Shown: in pieces, positions 18,346 to 28,185 of the stretch
Layout of the letters: each line of letters starts with the position of its first letter
How positions within the stretch are numbered: the stretch's first letter is position 1
The notes under the pieces: generated by a model
What the model saw: the letters and a program-made list of their open reading frames with translations, nothing else
Database searches by the model: none
What the model was told of the DNA's origin: nothing
Made by a program: the position numbers and the translations under genes
From: a virus
Strand: one strand, 5' to 3'
Virus record (IMG/VR): IMGVR_UViG_3300032246_001270
DNA length: 64,000 nt

Positions 18346-19239
18346 TTATGTTAATCTAACCTTAACTGTACCCGATGTATGATACAATCCACCAATAGGT
18401 ACACCACCAGATGCAGCTGCTCCATCATTTGCGTAATTTGATAAAGTAAGTCCTATTTGAATTGAACCAGAAAATATTGATGCTGCTTTCATTGATGCAG
18501 TAACTGCCATCAATCCGTTTATTTCGGATTGTATTGAACCAGTACTATTATATAAGTTAGAGTTTAATGCGAATAAATTATAGTTTTGAATTTGTGTAGA
18601 AGAAGATACTATTGTACTATTCTTCATTGAAGCAGTTAGAGCCATCAATCCGTTTGTAATACCAATTAATGAACCAGTTACAGTTGAAAGTGTTAAATTT
18701 CTACTATCTTGAGATGCGGTAAATGTATTTAATGATGCGGTAGCTTGATATACTCTAGCCAATTGTGCATCAACAGAAGCTGAATTAAATTGTAATGATG
18801 CGGTAGCTTGATTTAATCTAGCATTACCTAATACATCACCACCTATTAATATAGAACCAGTAAATTCATGTCTGTCATCAACACTATCACCAAATTTATT
18901 ACTTCCATTTGCGTACATAACCGATGAAGATAATATTGTTATATGATATTCATTTGCGGTAAGAGTATCAAATTTTGCATTAATTGTACCATCTATTAAA
19001 TCAGTATCTTTTGCATATCCACTTGTTTTTCCAATTGAACCTGAATTAATTGCTTCATCTAATGTTATATTCTTGTCTAATAATACAGGAGTAACTCCTG
19101 CAAAGTTTTCTGGATGTAATGTTGGATACACAATTGGTGTTGCTTGTTTAGAATTTACATCTATTGTATTTCCACTTTTATATGTTGTATCACCAGTATT
19201 ATTTCTAAAATTTGAATTGGCTGGATTTTTATAAGACAT
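18346..19239 (-). CDS. Putative head fibre/decoration protein
   Basis: First gene after the MCP, with its own promoter motif; GSNKFGDSVDDRHEFTGS, repeated QATASL and INGLMAxTASMK, C-terminal AAASGGVPIGGLYH. Confidence 0.55.
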   Translation of the reverse strand: MSYKNPANSNFRNNTGDTTYKSGNTIDVNSKQATPIVYPTLHPENFAGVTPVLLDKNITLDEAINSGSIGKTSGYAKDTDLIDGTINAKFDTLTANEYHITILSSSVMYANGSNKFGDSVDDRHEFTGSILIGGDVLGNARLNQATASLQFNSASVDAQLARVYQATASLNTFTASQDSRNLTLSTVTGSLIGITNGLMALTASMKNSTIVSSSTQIQNYNLFALNSNLYNSTGSIQSEINGLMAVTASMKAASIFSGSIQIGLTLSNYANDGAAASGGVPIGGLYHTSGTVKVRLT

Positions 19240-19329
19240 GCTTACTTTATTTATATTGTTGTAAAATGTAACTTAACATCTATAAATATAAGGAAGTATG
19301 GAAAACCCTATTTAGATGATTTTAAGCAC

Positions 19330-19353
19330 AAAAAAGGGGAAATTTCTTTCCCC
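19330..19353 (-). terminator. Rho-independent terminator after the major capsid gene
   Basis: Minus strand GGGGAAA-GAAA-TTTCCCC-TTTTTT. Confidence 0.8.
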
Positions 19354-19399
19354 AATTTTGCTATGTATTGTTACACAGTTAAATTTTCATCAATTAAGA

Positions 19400-21076
19400 T
19401 TAGATATTAGCTAAATCTTTGATGTAAATCTTACCGTAGTATTCCGGACGGACCATCTTCTTAGCGTAACGAGTCATCACACCTCTACGTGGAGTAAAGT
19501 TTTGTGGGTCGTACACTAATGGAGTCATAATCAATGGTACATATGGAGCGTAAACAGCACCTGTCTCTAAGAAGTTGTTACCTCTATAACCCATTAAGAT
19601 TTCGTTAGAAGTCATATAAGGGTTTTTGTAAACAGTGTATCTGTTACTCATAGAACCTACTGCAGTTACACCAGCAGCAAATTGCATTGCATCTTTCTCT
19701 GCGTTTACAGTAAAACCAGGGATTGATTCAAGAATTGTACATACATCAGGAGAAGCAACAACGAAGTTAGCTCCACCTCTTAATGTCAATTGGTGAATTT
19801 TGTTAGATACTTTGTTCAATTTGATACCTAATGTTTGATACCAAGTATTCTTAGTATAGAAACTATTTGCACCAGAAGGTACTGAAGAACCCCAAGCCTT
19901 TTGGTTAGTTTGACCATTGTTTAAATACTCTTCGCCGATTGTTGCTGACCAGTAATCAGTTGTTAAAGCGTTTGATTTTAACATATCTAAGATTTCTAAA
20001 TCAATCTCTAAAGAGATATAATCAGATAACATAGAAGTTAATTCAGCTTCAGCATCGATTGAGTGATAAGCGTTCAAATCTTGCGCTAATTCAGGAGTCC
20101 ATACAGCTTTCAACTTACGAGTCTTAGCTACGATAGCCTCTGATTTTAATTCTAAGTCAATTTCAGGAATATCCAATGCAGTAGTTGTGTTACCAGCGCT
20201 ATTTGCAGTTTGGTCTTCGAAATCACCTCTATTGTAAGCTACAGGGATTACTGAGTAATCAATTGTAGTTGCAGGTTGTCCAGCAGCTGCTAAACCAGAT
20301 GCAGATACATACAAGTAAACCATTGTGTTAGTTGAATTGTAGTAGTTGAATTGGTTTAAGTTAGCGAATGTACCAGCATTAACTACTTGGAAAGCTCTTA
20401 CAGCATCAGTATCAGCTGTTGCATCAATTGCAGATTTAGAAACTGCGAATTTGAAGATTTGTCCAGCAGAAACAGAAGCAGATAAAGCTGCATCAAATCC
20501 AACCTCAGCCCATGAAGTAACTGAAGAAGATACAACGTTTGCACCAGCTGCAGCGTTACCAGTAGCAGTTACAGTTGCATGACCATCGTTGATTGAATAA
20601 CCATAACGACTTTCACCGTAAAGACCATTTACAGCTGCGTTAGTTCTACCAAAGTTAGTTGCTGAACCAGTTATGTTAGTACCACCAAAAAGTGATTTAC
20701 CACCATACTGTCCTTCGTTACCTTGTGCTGAACCATATTTAAAGTCTAAGAAGAATACAAGACCTGAAGGTAAGTTCATTGGTTGTACGCTTACAAATTC
20801 TTTAGCTGCGATTTCACCGAAGATTCTTCTTACTAACGGTAAAGCCACACCAGACCACTCTTCTGAACCAGAAGAAGTACCTGTTTGAGTTGCCTCATCA
20901 AGCAATTGCTTTGCTTGGTTTTCTAACAATACAGCCATGCTGTGTTGTTCTCTTTCTTTTAAACCTTCTAAAAGACCAGTTTTTTCCCATTTGCTTTTTA
21001 ACTGACGAGTTTCAGCTAACATTACTGCTTGTGGGTTCTTGCCTTCCATAAGTTTACTTAAATCAAAATTTGCCAT
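19400..21076 (-). CDS. gp23: Major capsid protein, T4 gp23-like
   Basis: AVLLENQ, VSVQPMNLPSGLVFFL, KTRKLKAVWTPELAQDLNAYHSIDAEAEL, YAPYVPL and FTPRRGVMTRY. Confidence 0.95.
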   Translation of the reverse strand: MANFDLSKLMEGKNPQAVMLAETRQLKSKWEKTGLLEGLKEREQHSMAVLLENQAKQLLDEATQTGTSSGSEEWSGVALPLVRRIFGEIAAKEFVSVQPMNLPSGLVFFLDFKYGSAQGNEGQYGGKSLFGGTNITGSATNFGRTNAAVNGLYGESRYGYSINDGHATVTATGNAAAGANVVSSSVTSWAEVGFDAALSASVSAGQIFKFAVSKSAIDATADTDAVRAFQVVNAGTFANLNQFNYYNSTNTMVYLYVSASGLAAAGQPATTIDYSVIPVAYNRGDFEDQTANSAGNTTTALDIPEIDLELKSEAIVAKTRKLKAVWTPELAQDLNAYHSIDAEAELTSMLSDYISLEIDLEILDMLKSNALTTDYWSATIGEEYLNNGQTNQKAWGSSVPSGANSFYTKNTWYQTLGIKLNKVSNKIHQLTLRGGANFVVASPDVCTILESIPGFTVNAEKDAMQFAAGVTAVGSMSNRYTVYKNPYMTSNEILMGYRGNNFLETGAVYAPYVPLIMTPLVYDPQNFTPRRGVMTRYAKKMVRPEYYGKIYIKDLANI

Positions 21077-21102
21077 TTTTATTTATTTTTTTATGGTTGT
21101 TA

Positions 21103-22245
21103 TTATTTTCTATTGATACCAGCTAATTGCTTAAAGCGATTTGCTAATTCGTTAGTATTTTCTGAAATGATTTCTTTTGTAGGAGCAGTAGATGCTTGAG
21201 CTTTAGAAGCAATACCTTCAGTAATGTTCTTTTTAACTTGAGCAACTTTTCTTTCAGTTCCTGTAAATTTCATTGATTCAGAAAGTGTAGCGTAAACTAA
21301 TTTAACTTCTCTTACGTTAGAAGTTCTATCTAAATTTTCTACAACTTTAACTTTTTGTTCGTTAGTTAAGTTATAACCTCTAAACAATTTGTTTGTGTAA
21401 AGTAATTTAGCGTTTAAAAGGTTTACTTCGTTGATTGTACCTCTTAAAGATTTAATCACTGCCATTGCTTCTGCTAATTCAGTTTCAAGTTTTGCAACTT
21501 CCGCTTTCATTTCAGCTGCATCTTCAGCTTTGTCTTCTTCAGAGTTCTCATCTTCTCCGTATCCCATTTCTCTTAGAATTTCGTCTAAGTCGATTTCATC
21601 ATCAGCCATAGCTGGGTCTTCACCCTCTACTGCTGGTGCTTCAGTTGGTTCAGCTGCTACTGGTTCTTCAACCGGTGCTTCTTCACCTTCCATAGCTGGT
21701 GCTTCAGCAGGAATTTCTTCCTCACTTTCTTCACCTGCAATTTGTGCTTCTAACTCACGGATGATAGATTCTAAATCTAATTCATCTTCGTCAGCTGCCA
21801 TTTCATCTTCACCTTCGAATGCTTGTCTATCGCCACGCTCTTCGTCTGCGATTTCAGAATCATCAGCTACACCATTTTGGTTTGCATCTTCTTCATCTTC
21901 ACCTTCGGTTAGGTCTTTAACTTTGTCGTAGTCTTCTACTTCTGAACCTGGCTCACCAGATTGTTTAGAAATACCACTTAGGTCAGTTTGTGCTGAGTAA
22001 GCTTTATCTGCAGGCATTTTGTTATCACCTTTACCAATCTCAGTTGAAGTATCATTATCTTCATTTACTGCATCTTCTTCTTTCTCGTCATCACCTTCCA
22101 TTTCGGCTTGTAATTTTTGAGATAAAATAGATTGTAAACGAGGAGTAAATGCTTCTTCTAATGCGATTTTAGCGTTAGCGATAGCAGTTTCACGTACAGC
22201 TTTAGCATCAGCAATTGCTTCTTTCAACAATTTTGAACTTGCCAT
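21103..22245 (-). CDS. Prohead core scaffolding protein (gp22-like role)
   Basis: Highly acidic, with a coiled-coil C-terminal part; immediately upstream of the MCP. Confidence 0.75.
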   Translation of the reverse strand: MASSKLLKEAIADAKAVRETAIANAKIALEEAFTPRLQSILSQKLQAEMEGDDEKEEDAVNEDNDTSTEIGKGDNKMPADKAYSAQTDLSGISKQSGEPGSEVEDYDKVKDLTEGEDEEDANQNGVADDSEIADEERGDRQAFEGEDEMAADEDELDLESIIRELEAQIAGEESEEEIPAEAPAMEGEEAPVEEPVAAEPTEAPAVEGEDPAMADDEIDLDEILREMGYGEDENSEEDKAEDAAEMKAEVAKLETELAEAMAVIKSLRGTINEVNLLNAKLLYTNKLFRGYNLTNEQKVKVVENLDRTSNVREVKLVYATLSESMKFTGTERKVAQVKKNITEGIASKAQASTAPTKEIISENTNELANRFKQLAGINRK

Positions 22246-22397
22246 TTGTTTTCCTTATTTATCGGATTTCTTAAGCTATTGTATTGTGAGCTTAAATAGA
22301 ATTTGTTTGATTGGCGTTTTGGTCACTGCTCATATATGAGAGTATTCATTTACCAATAGAAAAACCTATAATAATAGGTTATTGTTAAGAATAAATA
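22246..22397 (-). promoter_or_regulatory. Putative structured 5' leader of the scaffold-MCP operon
   Basis: Promoter motif at 22390-22397, then inverted repeats at 22363-22380, 22319-22356 and 22271-22295. Confidence 0.45.
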
Positions 22398-22443
22398 TAT
22401 AAAAGTTTACAAAAACGTAAAAATCTATAATTTTCTTTAGAAT

Positions 22444-22872
22444 TTATTTTGTTGGAACACAATTAGGTACTTGCTTACCACCTTTATTTTTCATACCAAC
22501 TTGTTTATATCCTTTCCAACAAGGTGATGCTTCATTAACACTTTCACCTTTATATTCATAATATCCAGATGAAGCTTGTGTAATATAGTTTTCAGCATTT
22601 GAAATATGGTCTTGAATCCAAGCTGGAATATCTTTTTCGCTATCTCCTAACTTTTTTCTTAATTCAACTGCTGCTCTAATAATAGTATCTAATTGATTGT
22701 GAGCCATATGAACTTCGTGGTCACCACCATCTTTTTGATGTTTTTGAGCACCGCTATCTTCACCTTCTTTTACAAATGCTCTAGCGTATGGATTAGAAAC
22801 TACTTGTCCTAATTTAACATCCATTTTTCCCAACTTAATGGAATCTTTCATTAAATGCCCTAAACTAATCAT
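22444..22872 (-). CDS. Hypothetical protein, putative internal head protein
   Basis: IPAWIQDHIS.A..YI and VNEASPCWKGYKQVGMK...VPNCVP; lies in the head operon. Confidence 0.6.
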   Translation of the reverse strand: MISLGHLMKDSIKLGKMDVKLGQVVSNPYARAFVKEGEDSGAQKHQKDGGDHEVHMAHNQLDTIIRAAVELRKKLGDSEKDIPAWIQDHISNAENYITQASSGYYEYKGESVNEASPCWKGYKQVGMKNKGGKQVPNCVPTK

Positions 22873-22877
22873 ATGAA

Positions 22878-23423
22878 TTATTTTTTACCTAATCTTTCTC
22901 TCATTGTTTTTGGAGAGATATCAGCGATTTCATAATAACGATTTAGTATGTGACCCATATCTTCATATAAAGAATGTAATCTTTCATCCATTGATTTTGC
23001 TTCCACAGCGAACTTTTGGAAGTTTTTATCTAACTTGTCCAATTCAGTCATATTTCTTTTAACTGTTACTGCATCGAACCAATCTCCACTTTCTCTCAAT
23101 GTCATTTCTTTTGCAGCCTCAACAATTGCACCTAATGTGTTTGCAACTTCAGTCATATCAGAAGCTCTTTTCATTTGGTCTTGGAAAGTATTATATGTAG
23201 AGATAATCTCTAAGAAATGTTTTTTAACTTCTGGAGATAATTTTCTATCTCCTTCTAAGTTTTCAGCTATACTGAATTTACCATTAACTATCTTTACTTC
23301 TTTTAAATTAGTTTTACGGATATCATTGTATGCTTTAGCTACAGTAGTTCCTTTCTTACCATCAACTTTTAAAGTTATCTTATTGTTGTGTACGAAATCG
23401 TATATATCAAAATTCTTTGCCAT
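22878..23423 (-). CDS. Hypothetical head-operon protein
   Basis: Helical 181-aa ORF directly downstream of the protease. Confidence 0.6.
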   Translation of the reverse strand: MAKNFDIYDFVHNNKITLKVDGKKGTTVAKAYNDIRKTNLKEVKIVNGKFSIAENLEGDRKLSPEVKKHFLEIISTYNTFQDQMKRASDMTEVANTLGAIVEAAKEMTLRESGDWFDAVTVKRNMTELDKLDKNFQKFAVEAKSMDERLHSLYEDMGHILNRYYEIADISPKTMRERLGKK

Positions 23424-23425
23424 TA

Positions 23426-24022
23426 TTATGCTATTTCAGTTATTATTTCTCTCATTAAGTCTTGTGCTTTACAGAAGTCTCCGCAAACATCAGTTCCAAT
23501 TTGTTGTAAACCTCTATTAACCGATTCGTTTACAGGCACCATAAATGCACCATGTGTAGATGGGTTAGATACAAAATCCCAACCAATCAATTCAAAATCT
23601 TCTTGCACCTCTACTTTATTACCACTAAGATTACGAGTAGAACCCATACCTCTTGATGAAATACCCAATAGGATACCTGCTTTTAATAATTCTTTTAAGA
23701 TGTTGCCAGATGGGGTAGATAGAACTTCAACAGTCCCACATAAATCATCACCATCCCAATGAATCTCTCTAATATTGTGAGAAACATTCTTTAAGTTGAT
23801 TACAGTTGAATCCGGATGGTCCAATTCACCCAATGCTCTACGCTCTTTGATGAATTGCTCATACTTCTTAGCTTCTCTCATTAGGATTTCCTTTGGATAA
23901 ATTCTTCCGTTTTGATTTTCAGCACCAGCTCTTTGTAAAATACCTTTAACAATGGTTCTTCCACCTTCATCTTCTTGTACTTTACCTTCAAATAATTTTG
24001 TTTCTATTAAAAGATTCTTCAT
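23426..24022 (-). CDS. gp21: Prohead core protease, T4 gp21-like
   Basis: NQNGRIYP, ALGELDHP, NVSHNI, TPSGNI, GISSRGMGS and DFVSNPS. Confidence 0.92.
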   Translation of the reverse strand: MKNLLIETKLFEGKVQEDEGGRTIVKGILQRAGAENQNGRIYPKEILMREAKKYEQFIKERRALGELDHPDSTVINLKNVSHNIREIHWDGDDLCGTVEVLSTPSGNILKELLKAGILLGISSRGMGSTRNLSGNKVEVQEDFELIGWDFVSNPSTHGAFMVPVNESVNRGLQQIGTDVCGDFCKAQDLMREIITEIA

Positions 24023-24028
24023 GCTATA

Positions 24029-24946
24029 TTACCATTTTTTCTTTTTAGCTTCATTAGCTTTTTTACCAGCTCTTAAATCTGCTAAATCATCAGCTTCAAT
24101 ATCACCATCACCATCAACATCTAATTTTTTTTGTCCACCTTTTAAATCTTCAGTCTTAGGAGCTACTTGCTCCATTTTACTTCTTAATCTAGCATCAATT
24201 TTACTTAACTGAGCTCTATCAATACCCAAACTATCAACTACCTGCGCAATTAATTGAATTTGTTGATTGAAGTTTAATTTTGCATCTTTAATTTTATCAA
24301 TAGCTTGTGCTAATTTTATTTTAACTGCTGAAGGGATTGTTGCTGATGGTAATTCACTAGCAACATCTTCACTTGCCATACCATATCCACATTCACACAT
24401 TTCTATAGTCAAACCACAATGAGGACAGGTTTTTTGTTCTGCTTCATCAACTACATCATAACCAGTAGTTGCTGCTAATCTTTTTGCAGTTTTCTTAGCT
24501 TGATTTGCATCTTTACTAAATGCTGCTGGAGTATTATATCCTGCCACCCCACCAGTACCACTCATTTCATCAACTTTCTTTTCTCCTTTACCATTCCATG
24601 CTGAATCAATTTTATTGAAAAAGCTTTTCTTTTCATCATCTGACATATCAGTAATACCTTTTCCAGCTTTAGCTAATGCTTTAGCAAAAAATGCTTGATA
24701 TTCACTTTCTTCAGTCATTACTTCTTTTACAATTTCTTTCAATCTATTTTTACTAATAGTTGTGTTCATATTTTCTTTTTTATTTGGTAAACCTTTATGT
24801 GAAGTTGATGCAAAATCTTTTGCATCTTTATCACTCATAGAATCTGCAGCTTTTTCAACTTCTTTAGAAGGGGCTTTCATGTCTCCCTTTTGTACAGCAT
24901 GAACCATACCCATAAATCTTTGTTGTGCTTTAGATACTGCTGGCAT
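24029..24946 (-). CDS. Hypothetical modular protein, putative internal head protein
   Basis: MPAVSKAQQRFMGMVHA N-terminus, CPHC..CEC, EF-hand-like DVDGDGDIEADD; many x-x-E boundaries. Confidence 0.6.
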   Translation of the reverse strand: MPAVSKAQQRFMGMVHAVQKGDMKAPSKEVEKAADSMSDKDAKDFASTSHKGLPNKKENMNTTISKNRLKEIVKEVMTEESEYQAFFAKALAKAGKGITDMSDDEKKSFFNKIDSAWNGKGEKKVDEMSGTGGVAGYNTPAAFSKDANQAKKTAKRLAATTGYDVVDEAEQKTCPHCGLTIEMCECGYGMASEDVASELPSATIPSAVKIKLAQAIDKIKDAKLNFNQQIQLIAQVVDSLGIDRAQLSKIDARLRSKMEQVAPKTEDLKGGQKKLDVDGDGDIEADDLADLRAGKKANEAKKKKW

Positions 24947-24947
24947 T

Positions 24948-25397
24948 TTACAATCCTCTTATTTTTTCCGAAAGGTTCATTAATCTTTCTTTTATTTTAT
25001 ATAAACTTTTGTTAGTTCTTTTATAGTAATCTTCTTTCTTAAGTCCGTTTTCAGTCTTTAATTTAGAATACCAATTAACAAATTTTTCAACTTCGGTTAA
25101 TTGATTATGAATACTTGTAATACCTCTACTTATTTTAGCTTTTGGAGAACCATCTTCTTTTTTAAGTGCTAACCAACGATTTTCTTTTAAAGTCTTTTCT
25201 TCATCATCTTTAGCTAATACCATACCACTAACATCAGCTAATGCACCATCATCTTTTGTATCAGCTGCAGTTGGTTTCATTTCTAAAGGTTTTTTAGAAT
25301 TTGCAGGAACATCGTTTTTTAACCAATCTTTTGCTTCTTCTAATTGAATTTCTTTAATTATTTCTCTAATAGTATTTTTCAACTTAATATTATCCAT
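24948..25397 (-). CDS. Hypothetical head-operon protein
   Basis: LKNTIREIIKEIQLEE N-terminus; coupled to its neighbours. Confidence 0.6.
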   Translation of the reverse strand: MDNIKLKNTIREIIKEIQLEEAKDWLKNDVPANSKKPLEMKPTAADTKDDGALADVSGMVLAKDDEEKTLKENRWLALKKEDGSPKAKISRGITSIHNQLTEVEKFVNWYSKLKTENGLKKEDYYKRTNKSLYKIKERLMNLSEKIRGL

Positions 25398-26265
25398 TTA
25401 CCTTTGATTTTAATTCTTTGATTAGTTCATAAGAAAGCATTATAGATGAAACTTGATTATCAGTTACAGTTTTGCCAAATTTCATTTTATCTAAAATAGA
25501 AATAGTTTCAGATAATTTTATTGTAGTAACTTTATCTTTAATTTTTAATTTTATTTCTTTTAAATTACTAATAATTTTAGGTAATTCAATTGAAACATAT
25601 TCTTTAAATTTAGTTGTATTTGACATATTGTTAATATATTCTTTTAACAATCCTTTTTGGTTGTCATCTAAATTTGTATATTTTTTATTGAAAGTTTCAA
25701 CAAGAATCTTATAGGTTAATAATCTTAGGTCTTTATCTTGCTGTTTGTATGATTCTATTAATTTAGAATCTTCTGAGTTGTTAGTTTTTGCTAAAGTAGG
25801 TCTTGATATAATGTTTTCAATTAGGGTTATTTTAGAATTAAATACATCCTTAATATCATAGTTTTCAGATTTTTTAGATTCAAATACTTTATATATTGAT
25901 GCTAATACCTTATAGTTAGTTATTGGAGAAGAAAGAAAATTTTCTAAATCAAATTTAGAATTTATCTCTTTAATAAGATTATATTTTTCTTTTGTTAATT
26001 TAGTTTCATTTAACTTTGTATGAGCTTGAGATACAGTATCTACAAACATTTCGGCTTTTGATTCCGAATTGTATTTCTCTTTTAATAGTAAATCATAAAG
26101 ACGTAATTCTTTATTTAATTCAGTACCTGCAGCAAAGAACTCTTTTACTATATGTTTTGCATTTTCAGTCTTATCTCCATTAAGTACCTCTAATGTTATT
26201 TGTCTTACTAAAAGCTCAAATAACACTCCAGTATTCTTAACTTTGGAATGTTTTATTTTTTTCAT
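25390..26265 (-). CDS. Hypothetical protein downstream of the portal
   Basis: 291-aa ORF with its own promoter motif at 26307-26314. Confidence 0.65.
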   Translation of the reverse strand: MKKIKHSKVKNTGVLFELLVRQITLEVLNGDKTENAKHIVKEFFAAGTELNKELRLYDLLLKEKYNSESKAEMFVDTVSQAHTKLNETKLTKEKYNLIKEINSKFDLENFLSSPITNYKVLASIYKVFESKKSENYDIKDVFNSKITLIENIISRPTLAKTNNSEDSKLIESYKQQDKDLRLLTYKILVETFNKKYTNLDDNQKGLLKEYINNMSNTTKFKEYVSIELPKIISNLKEIKLKIKDKVTTIKLSETISILDKMKFGKTVTDNQVSSIMLSYELIKELKSKVNG

Positions 26266-26332
26266 TTATTTACCCTATATTTAACCTACATCTATAAACT
26301 AACACATATAAATATAAACTTTTTAATGTTTA

Positions 26333-28114
26333 TTAAAATTTGGTGTCATCTAACAGGTTATTTTCATCTAAAAGGTCAGTTTTTTTTGTTTTTTCACTTA
26401 AAATCTTCTTTTTTGATGAAATCCCATTAATATATTCTTGTGCTAATTTTCTTTTTGATTCGTTTGTACGAGTTTCCCTTTTCCTCTCACCTTCATTTTC
26501 TTTATTCCCCAATGGGTCTCTACCTAACGGATGTTTATCTTTTCCGTATGTGTTTCCTTCTCTTGGTCTACCACCTTTATCATTATCATTTATCTCCTGC
26601 TTCATTTTTTCAATCTCCTCCTCAACATTAGTTTGTTGTGGTGGATTTGCCGGGTCTTGTCCTTGCTGTTCTATTGAGTTATAACGGAATCTATCTTTAA
26701 GGTCTAATACCATCTTAGCTCTTTCAGTATCCATTTCCTCCTCACTCATACCAAACACATTATGAAATACCCAATCACTAGATAACATATTTAATTGTTT
26801 TAAATCGCCGGCCAATCTTGTCTTTTCACTCCATAGATTTACTTTCTCTTGCTCATATATTGTAGAAGCGTTAGTTAAAGTAAGTTGAAAATTTGTCATT
26901 TCAGAATCATCTATTCCATGAGCTGCCAAATGAACAATAGCTATTTTATATAATTCACTAACAACTGTTCTTTGAATTCTTTCAATAGTTCTAGCAAAAC
27001 GAACATCCTGTGCTGCAAGTGTTGCTTTACCACTTACATCTTCTTCATATCCTAAAAACGCTTTTGGAATTTTTAAAGCTGCAAATAATTTAGCTTTTAA
27101 ATAATCAATATCTTCTATTGCTGCATATTCCAATCCTGCTAAATTTTCAATTGATGTACCACTATCTCCACCTCTAACAGGTAAAAAGAAATCTTCAGTA
27201 AGGTTTTGAATATTATATTTTAAATTATAATCTCCAGTATCTTTATTAACAAATGGAGTTTTTTTCATTTTGTTAATAATTTTTTGCATATAGTTATCAA
27301 CTTCTTGAGGGTTGATATTACCAATATCTATTTTGAATACTCTTTTTTCAGGTGCTCTCATAATACGATGAATTAACATCGCATCTTCCATCAATTGTAA
27401 TTGTTTCCAAACTCTACGCCCACCTTCAATCATTGCTTTACCATACGGAAGGAAGTTAGTATCTGATAATAAACGGAAGTGAGCCATTTCATAGTTCTCA
27501 TATTCTTTTTTACCAAATCTATCTAATTCAACTTTAAACTTAACATAATTTTGATTATTAGGGTCAGTACCTTCTAACCTTTCTGTGTTATATACAGAAT
27601 ATGGTATTACATTTATAATACCTTTGCCCTCTGCTATTTCTAATGCTAAAAAGAAATCTCCATATTTAACTAAATTTCTAACCCAAGGCCATAAATTAAA
27701 TTCTACATTTATTATATCGTAAAAAAGATTATGAAGTAATGAACTTACATTTTCATTTGTTGATTTAATTGTAAGAATATCACCATATTCATTTTTAGTT
27801 GTAGATTCATCCGAATATATATCTAATGCAGATGCTATAATTGGGTCATTATCCATAGCATCGTAATCTCTAAATAACTCTCTACGAACCTGATGGTATG
27901 CCATAGATTGTGCACCCTGATTGGTTTCGTAATAAGACCTTTGTAACTTTGTATATCTATCTCTTAGATTTACAAAATTTGTATTCATTTGTCTATCATC
28001 TGTATCTACAACCTTACGCTTACCATCTTTATCAACGGTTACGATTGCGCTGGTTGAGAACAATTTCTTTAATCTACCAAAAAAACTTCTACCTTCCATT
28101 TCTTGCTCTGCCAT
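26333..28114 (-). CDS. gp20: Portal protein, T4 gp20-like
   Basis: QLQLMEDAMLIHRIMRAPEKRVFKIDIGN, EDFFLPVRG, EDIDYL..KLFAALKIP. Confidence 0.92.
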   Translation of the reverse strand: MAEQEMEGRSFFGRLKKLFSTSAIVTVDKDGKRKVVDTDDRQMNTNFVNLRDRYTKLQRSYYETNQGAQSMAYHQVRRELFRDYDAMDNDPIIASALDIYSDESTTKNEYGDILTIKSTNENVSSLLHNLFYDIINVEFNLWPWVRNLVKYGDFFLALEIAEGKGIINVIPYSVYNTERLEGTDPNNQNYVKFKVELDRFGKKEYENYEMAHFRLLSDTNFLPYGKAMIEGGRRVWKQLQLMEDAMLIHRIMRAPEKRVFKIDIGNINPQEVDNYMQKIINKMKKTPFVNKDTGDYNLKYNIQNLTEDFFLPVRGGDSGTSIENLAGLEYAAIEDIDYLKAKLFAALKIPKAFLGYEEDVSGKATLAAQDVRFARTIERIQRTVVSELYKIAIVHLAAHGIDDSEMTNFQLTLTNASTIYEQEKVNLWSEKTRLAGDLKQLNMLSSDWVFHNVFGMSEEEMDTERAKMVLDLKDRFRYNSIEQQGQDPANPPQQTNVEEEIEKMKQEINDNDKGGRPREGNTYGKDKHPLGRDPLGNKENEGERKRETRTNESKRKLAQEYINGISSKKKILSEKTKKTDLLDENNLLDDTKF

Positions 28115-28185
28115 AATTTATTATTAATTTCTAAAAAATTCTATTTTGACATTATATAACATAAATATCGTAAAATATCAAAACC

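Noticed and set aside
6549-19239. Host Bacteroidota general O-glycosylation as the explanation for the Ser motifs
   Set aside because: That system uses a D-(S/T)-(A/I/L/V/M/T) sequon on exported proteins, which matches neither this motif nor cytoplasmic virion assembly.
21431-21931. Ser-rich 166-aa plus-strand ORF, and the other plus-strand ORFs in the track
   Set aside because: Antisense shadows of well-supported minus-strand genes, with no recognisable motifs.
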